Source: Candidatus Micrarchaeota archaeon
Lineage (GTDB): Archaea > B1Sed10-29 > JAJSAI01
Direction: 5' to 3'
NCBI GenBank assembly: GCA_964625085.1
Contig: CAZVAJ010000005.1
Coordinates: 1-17,774 of the forward strand
Length of the DNA: 17,774 nucleotides
The notes beneath the pieces are model-generated. The model searched no databases, was not told the origin of the DNA, and saw nothing but the letters and a program-made list of their open reading frames with translations. Both the position numbers and the translations under genes were made by a program. Positions 8,248-15,012 of this stretch are shown one piece after another (position 1 is the first letter of the stretch; each line of letters starts with the position of its first letter).

Positions 8248-9039
8248 ATGCTCTCTGAAAAAAGGATCCTCAGGCTCAGAAGAGAAATCGACTGGATCAT
8301 TAAACTGCCTGCAGCAGGCAGGAAAGAGCTACTTTCACTCTTGTCAGAAAAAGAAGGAGTAGAGTACGAGACCGTGAAAAGGGACTTGTATGCTCTTGCG
8401 TATGCAGTTCTCTCAGGGGGAAGCATCCCAAGATCATATGAAGAAGATGTAAAGGCATTGAAAAAGGCCTTGGACGCTGGAAAACTTGATAAGGAAAAAT
8501 GCGAGTCCGCGGCGCTCATATTCCTTGAACATGACCCTGGCTTTGATTTTTCCAGGTTGGGTATAACAGGAGTATATGATCCTGAACTTGATGAGGTAAA
8601 ATCTCTCGTAATAGAATACGCAGAAAAAACAGCGAGCTTGAAAGCAGCCAGGCTTGGATGGCATCCTGCCAGGCAGAAAGCAGAACTGTGGCGGATTATA
8701 GGCGCTAAAATATACTCAGAGCTCCCGAAAGCAGTTGAAGGCGCGAGGCCTGAAGACGTGCAGATTGCTGTAAAAAGGGTGTGGGAAGAAAACCTTGTTA
8801 GGATGCAGGCAATCTGGCACTATGAGCTGGCTTTGCAGTCCCTTAAAAAACTGGCAGAGCACGCAGGATGGAAAGAAATACAAAAGGCTGTTGAAGAGGA
8901 CGAGATAAGCCTGGATGCCACGACAGTGAACTGGGTTGCAGAGCACGCTCCAAAAGATCCTGAGGCAACAAAGTACCTGGCACGCTTTCTTGAACAAGCA
9001 AAGGCTGGCCGGAAAATTTTTGCAGGGAAAGCGAAATGA
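8248..9039 (+). CDS. Hypothetical helical, charged protein
   Basis: 263 aa ORF with E/K/L/A-rich composition like neighbouring genes; divergent from nop5 and abuts leuS; no motif recognised. Confidence 0.75.
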   Translation: MLSEKRILRLRREIDWIIKLPAAGRKELLSLLSEKEGVEYETVKRDLYALAYAVLSGGSIPRSYEEDVKALKKALDAGKLDKEKCESAALIFLEHDPGFDFSRLGITGVYDPELDEVKSLVIEYAEKTASLKAARLGWHPARQKAELWRIIGAKIYSELPKAVEGARPEDVQIAVKRVWEENLVRMQAIWHYELALQSLKKLAEHAGWKEIQKAVEEDEISLDATTVNWVAEHAPKDPEATKYLARFLEQAKAGRKIFAGKAK

Positions 9040-9068
9040 TTTTAACTGAAAACATACGAATTCATAGC

Positions 9069-11900
9069 ATGACGTACGATCCAGTGAGCACTGAAAAAAA
9101 GTGGCAGAAAGCCTGGCATGAAAACAACCTCAAGCTCGCAGAACCAGACTCTTCAAAGCCCAAGTTCTTTATTCACTTTGCTTATCCAGGGCCTTCTGGT
9201 TTTTTTCACGTGGGTCACATGAGGGGTTATACCTACACGGACGTGATCGCAAGAATCAAGAGGATGAAAGGGTATAACGTTTTGTTTCCTGTTGGAATGC
9301 ATGCTACTGGAAATCCAGCCGTGGGCTTTGCCACAAAGGTGCGGAAGAAGCTTCCAGCAATGATGGAGTACCTGGCAGAAAACGGTCTGCCTGAAGAAAA
9401 AGCAGCCACGCTGGAAACTCCTGAAGGGGTTGTACAGTTTTTTGCAGAAGAGTACAAGAGAGAATGGAAGTCCTTCGGGATTCTTGCAGACTATGACAGG
9501 TTCACGTGCACCACCTGGCCAGATTACCAGAAGTTCATAGAATGGCAGTTTAAGAAACTGAAAGAACATGGCCTGCTTGTGCAAAAACCATACTATGCCA
9601 CGTTCTGCATCAAGTGCGGCCCAGTAGCTGTGGACCCTTCAGAAACAGACATTTCAAAAGGAGGAAACGCAAGAAAAGAAGAGTACGTTGCCCTGAAATT
9701 CAAGCTTGAAGGCTCGGAAGACTACCTGATTGCAGTTACTCTCAGGCCAGAAACAGTGTACGGTCAGACTAACCTGTGGGTGGATCCTGAAGCTGAGTAC
9801 ACAAGAGTCCGTGTTGGAAAAGAAAACTGGATAGTCTGTAAACAGGCTGCTGAGAAGCTCACCTACCAAAAGGAAAACGTGAAAATCCTTGGGCTTGTTG
9901 ATCCCAAGGAACTGCTTGGAAAAAAGGCCATGGCACCAGGCGTGCACAGAGCCATTCCGATACTCCCTGCTCATTTTATAGACCTTGAGGTCGGCACAGG
10001 CATTGTGACAAGCGTTCCTTCAGACGCTCCTGATGACTATATCGGCTTAAGAGACCTCTGGGAAAATCCATCAGAACTAGAGAGGTATGGCATGGACGCA
10101 GAAGAAGTCAACTCAATAAAACTAATCCCGATCATTAAGACACCAGAATACTCTGACACCCCTGCAAAGGACGTGGTTGAAGAACTGGGGGTTAAGAACC
10201 AGTTCGACAGGGAAAAACTGGAAGAAGCTAAAAAGATCGTTTACTCCAAAGGATTCCACACAGGGGTAATGAACGAAAACTGCGGGAAATACGCAGGAAT
10301 GCCTGTCAACAAGGCAAAAGATATAATGAAGCAAGAGCTTCTTGAGTCAGGAGAAGCAGATACCTTCTGGGATCTTTCAGAAGAAGTCATCTGCAGATGC
10401 GGTTCAAGAGTGGTCATAAAGAAAGTGGAAGACCAGTGGTTCATCAAATACTCTGACCCGAAATGGAAAGAGAACTCAAAAGCTCATGCCAAGAACATGC
10501 GAATCCTTCCCTCAGAATACTACGAGAGCATGCCGCAAGTCATAGACTGGTATGATGACCGCGCGTGCACCAGGATGGGTACGTGGCTGGGAACACATCT
10601 TCCATTCGACCAAAAATGGATAATAGAACCAATATCCGACTCCACCTTGTATCCTATAATGTACGTGCTCTCAAAATACACCAACACAGAAAAACTTAAG
10701 CCAGAGCACATGACAGAAGAACTTTTGGACTACCTGCTGTTGGGCAAGGGCCATCCGGAAGGACACGGGATTCCAAAAGAACTTGCAGAAGAAATCAGAA
10801 AAGAGTTCGAGTACTGGTATCCTGTGGACCTGAACGTGGGGGGAAAAGAACATAAAACAGTTCACTTCCCTGTTTACGTGATGAATCATGTGGCAGTGCT
10901 CAAGCCAGAGCACTGGCCAAAAGGAATTTTCGTGCACTGGTGGCTTACTGGAAAAGGCAGCAAGATCAGCAAGTCAAAAGGAGGGGCGAGCACAAGCATA
11001 CCAGTAATAACAAAAAGAAGGTCAGTGGACGCGCTCAGGCTGTACTACTGCCACGCTTCAAGCCCGTTCGTTGATTTAGAGTTTGACGAAAACGTTGTGA
11101 AACAGTACGAGGAGCACCTGCAAAAGTTTTACGCTCTTACAGCAGACGTGTACAAGGAAATGGGGGAAGAAGAAAAAAACATTGACAAGTGGCTTGAGTC
11201 AAGAATAAACCAGCGTCTGGCAGAGTCTGAAGAAGGGCTTGAAGAATACAACTTCAAAAAAGCACTTGACATGCTGTTTTTTGGAGCATTACAGGACCTT
11301 GCATGGTACCAGAAAAGAGGAGGGAACAACAAGAGAGTGTTCAAAAAGTCTATTGAAACGCTCGTGAAATCACTTTCACCTTTTACTCCACACTTGTGCG
11401 AGGAAGTGTGGCATGAACTGGGTAACGAGAACTTTGTTTTCCAAGAAACATGGCCCGAGCCAGGCCAAGTTGACAAGACCGCTGCTTCTGCAGAGGAAAT
11501 GATACAAAACTTGTTATCTGATTTCAGAGAAGTCCTCAAGCTCGTTGGAAAACAACCAAACAAAGTAACCCTGTTGGTTGCTCCTGAATGGAAGAGAACT
11601 GCCCTGGCTAAGGCAAGAGAACTTCCAAGAAAGGACATGATGAAAGGGATAATGCAACTTCCTGTAGTAAGGGAAAAGGGCAAGGAAGGCGTTAAGTATG
11701 CGCAGTTCCTGATCAAGCATTTGCATGAGCTTCCTGAGCACGTTATCTCAGAAAAAGAAGAAAAAGAGATACTAAAATCTGCTGCAGACTACCTGAGCAA
11801 GGAGTTCAAAGCAGAGGTCACTGTTCTCAGTGCAGAAGAGTCAGAGAATCCCAAGGCCCGGAACGCGGTTCCAATGAAGCCCGCGATGTTCTTGGAGTAA
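9069..11900 (+). CDS. leuS: Leucine--tRNA ligase (archaeal type)
   Basis: EKKWQ..W N-terminus, HVGH (HIGH), TLRPET and GTGIV..VP editing domain, EFEYWYPVD, KISKS (KMSKS) and C-terminal PMKPAMFLE. Start taken at ATG 9069; ATG 9036 is an alternative. Confidence 0.97.
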   Translation: MTYDPVSTEKKWQKAWHENNLKLAEPDSSKPKFFIHFAYPGPSGFFHVGHMRGYTYTDVIARIKRMKGYNVLFPVGMHATGNPAVGFATKVRKKLPAMMEYLAENGLPEEKAATLETPEGVVQFFAEEYKREWKSFGILADYDRFTCTTWPDYQKFIEWQFKKLKEHGLLVQKPYYATFCIKCGPVAVDPSETDISKGGNARKEEYVALKFKLEGSEDYLIAVTLRPETVYGQTNLWVDPEAEYTRVRVGKENWIVCKQAAEKLTYQKENVKILGLVDPKELLGKKAMAPGVHRAIPILPAHFIDLEVGTGIVTSVPSDAPDDYIGLRDLWENPSELERYGMDAEEVNSIKLIPIIKTPEYSDTPAKDVVEELGVKNQFDREKLEEAKKIVYSKGFHTGVMNENCGKYAGMPVNKAKDIMKQELLESGEADTFWDLSEEVICRCGSRVVIKKVEDQWFIKYSDPKWKENSKAHAKNMRILPSEYYESMPQVIDWYDDRACTRMGTWLGTHLPFDQKWIIEPISDSTLYPIMYVLSKYTNTEKLKPEHMTEELLDYLLLGKGHPEGHGIPKELAEEIRKEFEYWYPVDLNVGGKEHKTVHFPVYVMNHVAVLKPEHWPKGIFVHWWLTGKGSKISKSKGGASTSIPVITKRRSVDALRLYYCHASSPFVDLEFDENVVKQYEEHLQKFYALTADVYKEMGEEEKNIDKWLESRINQRLAESEEGLEEYNFKKALDMLFFGALQDLAWYQKRGGNNKRVFKKSIETLVKSLSPFTPHLCEEVWHELGNENFVFQETWPEPGQVDKTAASAEEMIQNLLSDFREVLKLVGKQPNKVTLLVAPEWKRTALAKARELPRKDMMKGIMQLPVVREKGKEGVKYAQFLIKHLHELPEHVISEKEEKEILKSAADYLSKEFKAEVTVLSAEESENPKARNAVPMKPAMFLE

Positions 11901-11923
11901 GAGTACCATATCACTAGAATCAG

Positions 11924-11997
11924 CGGGCCCACCGGGATTTGAACCCGGGTCACAAGCTCCGGAGGCTCGCATTCTATCCAGGCTAAACTATGGGCCC
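11924..11997 (-). tRNA. tRNA-Arg(CCG), no intron, CCA not encoded
   Basis: Minus strand GGGCCCA-TA-GTTT-AGCCTGGATA-GAAT-G-CGAGC-CT-CCG-GA-GCTTG-TGAC-CCGGG-TTCAAAT-CCCGG-TGGGCCC-G. Confidence 0.95.
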
Positions 11998-12016
11998 ATT
12001 TTTGTGCAGAAGGACA

Positions 12017-12159
12017 GAGAGTGCTTTCTTTGATCTCGAGGCCAGCGCGTTGACCACTCCGCCATCCCGGCACAAAGCGCCGGGAGTGGGATTCGAACCC
12101 ACGAGGGCAAAAGCCCACTGGCTCGCTCGTCTGACCAGGCTTTTTAGAAAAGCACTCTC
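12017..12159. repeat. 11-bp perfect inverted repeat flanking the permuted tRNA-Ser (12017-12027 / 12149-12159)
   Basis: Plus strand GAGAGTGCTTT at 12017-12027 and AAAGCACTCTC at 12149-12159. Confidence 0.9.
12035..12123 (-). tRNA. Circularly permuted tRNA-Ser(CGA): 3' half 12123-12078, 6-nt linker 12077-12072, 5' half 12071-12035
   Basis: Minus strand reads A-GCCAG-T-GGGC-TTTT-GCCC-TC-GTGGG-TTCGAAT-CCCAC-TCCCGGC-G | CTTTGT | GCCGGGA-TG-GCG-GAGTGGTCAA-CGC-G-CTGGC-CT-CGA-G. Rejoined, this is a complete 83-nt class II cloverleaf with long variable arm and G73. The flanks form a BHB at 37/38. Confidence 0.92.
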
Positions 12160-12183
12160 CACGTAAAATTTGGGGGGAATTGT

Positions 12184-12200
12184 TTTTATTACTTCTTTTT
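12184..12200 (-). promoter_or_regulatory. Possible BRE/TATA for the tRNA-Ser/tRNA-Arg(CCG) precursor
   Basis: Minus strand AAAAAGAAG-TAATAAAA about 25-30 nt upstream of the G at 12160 where the clamp arm begins; overlaps the stop codon of the small ORF. Confidence 0.35.
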
Positions 12201-12410
12201 TTCTTCCCTTAGTTTTTTTCTGAGGGCCTTGATTAGTTCTTCTATTTTTTCACTGTTCCCTGCCCTTAGCACGCTCAGATCCTTCTTACTTATTACTACG
12301 CTTTTTCCATTAGAAAGAGTGATCTCCACTTCTTCAGCCTCTTCTTTCTTTTTGGTAAACTTTGCCCATCTTTCTTTCAGCTCATTGGTCTTATGCTTCT
12401 TTCTTGGCAT
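12189..12410 (-). CDS. Small basic hypothetical protein
   Basis: 73 aa K/E-rich ORF filling the gap between tRNA genes; AT-rich promoter-like sequence upstream. Confidence 0.6.
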   Translation of the reverse strand: MPRKKHKTNELKERWAKFTKKKEEAEEVEITLSNGKSVVISKKDLSVLRAGNSEKIEELIKALRKKLREEKKK

Positions 12411-12480
12411 ATTAATAATAAGGTTGAAGGAATTAATACATTTTTCGTTTGTTCTTATTTCCCAAGATAGAATAAGACAG

Positions 12481-12605
12481 CGGGCCCAGTGGGATTCGAA
12501 CCCACGATCTGCGGCTGGCTTCGAGCTCTCCTCGAGGGTTTTACGCCTCCAGGCGTAAAGGGCTCTTAGAAGGCCGCCGCCCTATCCTGACTAGGCTATG
12601 GGCCC
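12481..12605 (-). tRNA. tRNA-Arg(UCU) with a 50-nt intron at 37/38 (12566-12517)
   Basis: Acceptor GGGCCCA/TGGGCCC with G73; anticodon stem GCGGC/GCCGC; loop CT-TCT-A^A. BHB: CTTC/GAAG central helix, bulges TA^A and CC^A, outer helix GAGC/GCTC. Confidence 0.95.
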
Positions 12606-12642
12606 TTCGTTATTTTTTTGAATGAACCGGGTTTTTAAGGTT

Positions 12643-14343
12643 TCACATTTTCTCAGGAGCTTGTATTCCAAGAAGATCCAGTCCTATTCTCAGAACATTC
12701 TCCGTGGCTTTAACCATGGCAATCCTTCTTCCTTTTTTTGTTCCTTCTGCTTTCAGCACTGGAGTGGACTCGTAAAATGCTGAGAACTGGTGCGCAAGGT
12801 CTAGCAGGTACTGCGCTATTCTGTGCGGTTCTTGTTTGTGTGCTGCGTCCTTCACAATTTCCGGGAACTTTGCCAGCTTTTTCACTAGCTCTACCTCAAC
12901 TGGATTGAGCCCGCTCATGTTAACAGTCATTTCTTGTACATCTTCTGCTTTTTCTAGTATGCTGCAGCATCTTACGTGTGCGTACTGCAGGTAAGGTCCT
13001 GTGTCCCCTTCAAACGAGACCATCTTGTCAGGGTCGAATACGATGTTCTTTATCCTGTTCTGCGACAAGTCAGCAAACTTGACCGCTCCTATCCCAACTG
13101 ATTTGGCTGTTTCTTCTTTATGCTTTAAGGAGGGGTTTTTTTCTTCTATTATCTTATTGGCCTTTTCCACGGCAAGGTCCAGGACCTGCTTTAGTTCGAT
13201 ATATTTTCCTTTTCTTGTGCTGATCCGGCCTTCAGGCAGGCTCATCATGCCGAATTTCACGTGCACGCAGTCCTGCCACCATCCATAGCCCATCAGCTCC
13301 AGCACTTTCCTTAGTTGTTTGAAGTGCTCTTCTTGTTCTACCGCAACAATGTACAGATTTTTCTTGAACTTGAATTCTTCCCATCTCTCTTTGGCTGCAG
13401 CCAGGTCCCGGGTAATGTAAAGTGTTCTCTTGTTTTCCACAAGCCTGGCGTTAACAAGCCCGTATTCTTCAAGGGGCACGATTATCGTGCCAGGCTCTTC
13501 TTCTACCGCAACTCCTTTTTCAAGCGCCTCTTCAACTATCTTGTTCGTGAGCTCGTTCAAGGCATAGTACGCTTCCCCTTTGTATGAGTCAAACTCCACC
13601 TCAAGTTCTTGGTATACTTCCTCGAACTTCTGGATGCTGAGCACCTTGAACTTTTCCCAGAGCTCTTTTGCTTCAGGATCTCCTGCCTCAAGCTTTTTGA
13701 ACCATTCTACTGCTTCCTGCTTGAGCGGAGGGTTCTCCTCTTCTGCTTGGTTGTACTTCACGTACAATCCTACCAGGTAGTGTATAGGGTCTTTTTCAAG
13801 CTCTTTTTCATCTCCCCATTTTTTGTAAGCAGCTATCAGTTTTCCGAAGGGCACGCCCCAATCCCCTATATGGTTAACTCTGTGAACAGAATAGCCCAGG
13901 TGCTTGTACATCCTGTGAATAGAATCTCCTATTATGGTTGAACGAAGATGGCCAATGTGCATTGGCTTGGCAACATTAGGAGAAGAGTAGTCTATGACTA
14001 TCCACTTTCCTTTGCCCTCGTCTGAAGAAGCATATTCCTGGGACATTGCTTCTTCCAGGACCTGCTTTCCTGCTTTTTCCCAGTCAATGTAGAAGTTGAT
14101 GTACGGGCCTGCTGCCGATACTTTTTTAATTAGATCAGGATTTCCAAGTTTTTTTAGGATCTCTTTTGCTGTTTCCACAGGGCTTTTTTTCTCTTTTTTT
14201 GCCAGCTTGAACGCAATGCTTGTGCTTAGGTCACCAAGCTCTGAAGATGGCGGTTCCGAGAGCATGCTCTGTTCTAGTTCTAAACCACAAGCTTTTTCTA
14301 TAGCCCCTTTTGTTTGGGTTATGATATTTTCTAGCGTGTACAT
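12643..14343 (-). CDS. argS: Arginine--tRNA ligase
   Basis: AGPYINF, DYSSPNVAKPMHIGHLRSTIIGD, NHIGDWG, ISTRKG, FEGDTGPYLQYAHVR and C-terminal APEKM. Start taken at ATG 14343; GTG 14352 is an alternative. Confidence 0.97.
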   Translation of the reverse strand: MYTLENIITQTKGAIEKACGLELEQSMLSEPPSSELGDLSTSIAFKLAKKEKKSPVETAKEILKKLGNPDLIKKVSAAGPYINFYIDWEKAGKQVLEEAMSQEYASSDEGKGKWIVIDYSSPNVAKPMHIGHLRSTIIGDSIHRMYKHLGYSVHRVNHIGDWGVPFGKLIAAYKKWGDEKELEKDPIHYLVGLYVKYNQAEEENPPLKQEAVEWFKKLEAGDPEAKELWEKFKVLSIQKFEEVYQELEVEFDSYKGEAYYALNELTNKIVEEALEKGVAVEEEPGTIIVPLEEYGLVNARLVENKRTLYITRDLAAAKERWEEFKFKKNLYIVAVEQEEHFKQLRKVLELMGYGWWQDCVHVKFGMMSLPEGRISTRKGKYIELKQVLDLAVEKANKIIEEKNPSLKHKEETAKSVGIGAVKFADLSQNRIKNIVFDPDKMVSFEGDTGPYLQYAHVRCCSILEKAEDVQEMTVNMSGLNPVEVELVKKLAKFPEIVKDAAHKQEPHRIAQYLLDLAHQFSAFYESTPVLKAEGTKKGRRIAMVKATENVLRIGLDLLGIQAPEKM

Positions 14344-14348
14344 TATTC

Positions 14349-14930
14349 TCACTTTCTTCTTCTGCGTTTGCTAGCGTTTTTTATTATGTCGTCAATTATC
14401 TTTCCAATGTTCTGATTAGTCGCTCCCGAACCTTCCGGCATTTTTTCTTTTACCAGCGCGACCACGCTCCTTCCATCAGCTGTTTTACGGTCTGGGGGAA
14501 GAGGGTGGAATGGTTCTCCTTCTATCCATACTTTTCTGCGCCTGCCTAACTTGAGGATTATACCGGCAGCAACATCGCCCCGGACTCTTAAGGGTGCAGA
14601 AACGTCTCTTTCTAATTCTTTTACCCTGTTTTCCCATGCTGCTTCTGCAAGCTTGGGCATATTCTGGGATAATAGTCCTGCTCTTTTAACGCCTTCCTCA
14701 GGAGGTATTTTGGAGAACATGTCGCGGACTTTTTCCATGAATTCGTTCTTTATCAGCTCTTTTTCTTTTAGCACGTCCTCTTCAGTCATCCATTCTTTTC
14801 TATTTTCGGCCACTGTGTCCTCAAGTGCTGAGAGTGAGGACTGCACATGGATTAGGACAGTCGCTATCTGCTTTTCAGAATACCCTTTTTTTAGCAGAGC
14901 TTTGACAAGCTCTGTTTCAAGAGGTTCCAT
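14349..14930 (-). CDS. Hypothetical charged protein with basic C-terminal tail
   Basis: 193 aa ORF directly upstream of argS; TATA-like GAAAAGATATAAAA about 22-35 nt upstream; ends SKRRRRK. Confidence 0.75.
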   Translation of the reverse strand: MEPLETELVKALLKKGYSEKQIATVLIHVQSSLSALEDTVAENRKEWMTEEDVLKEKELIKNEFMEKVRDMFSKIPPEEGVKRAGLLSQNMPKLAEAAWENRVKELERDVSAPLRVRGDVAAGIILKLGRRRKVWIEGEPFHPLPPDRKTADGRSVVALVKEKMPEGSGATNQNIGKIIDDIIKNASKRRRRK

Positions 14931-14950
14931 GAAGAGTAATACGCTCCTTT

Positions 14951-14990
14951 GTTTTATATCTTTTCCTTATGCTTGCAAAACGTTTTTAAT
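14951..14990. promoter_or_regulatory. Back-to-back BRE/TATA promoters for the divergent genes starting at 14930 and 15013 (probably leaderless)
   Basis: Minus strand GGAAAAGA-TATAAAA (14966-14952) and plus strand AAAACG-TTTTTAAT (14977-14990), each ending about 22 nt before the respective ATG. Confidence 0.5.
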
Positions 14991-15012
14991 CTCTGTGTTC
15001 TTCTATTTTTGT

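Noticed and set aside
8154..8519. Minus-strand ORF as a frameshifted Nop5 N-terminal domain
   Set aside because: It is a Ser/Phe-rich antisense translation of the 8248-9039 gene with no resemblance to a Nop5 N-terminal domain.
12035..12123. tRNA-Ser halves as pseudogene debris or an integrase att-site duplication
   Set aside because: The halves are exactly complementary and non-redundant, with no decay, a precise BHB and a clamp. No integrase or foreign DNA is nearby.
12035..12123. Trans-spliced split tRNA with independently transcribed halves
   Set aside because: Only 6 nt separate the halves, leaving no room for a second promoter; a single permuted precursor is simpler.
11789..12558. ORFs 11789-12118 (-) and 12229-12558 (+)
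   Set aside because: They overlap tRNA genes, leuS or the small basic ORF, and are spurious translations.
14551..15012. N-terminal 154 aa of the 905-aa ORF call
   Set aside because: This is the antisense shadow of the 14349-14930 gene. ATG 15013 has a TATA-like element at the expected distance.
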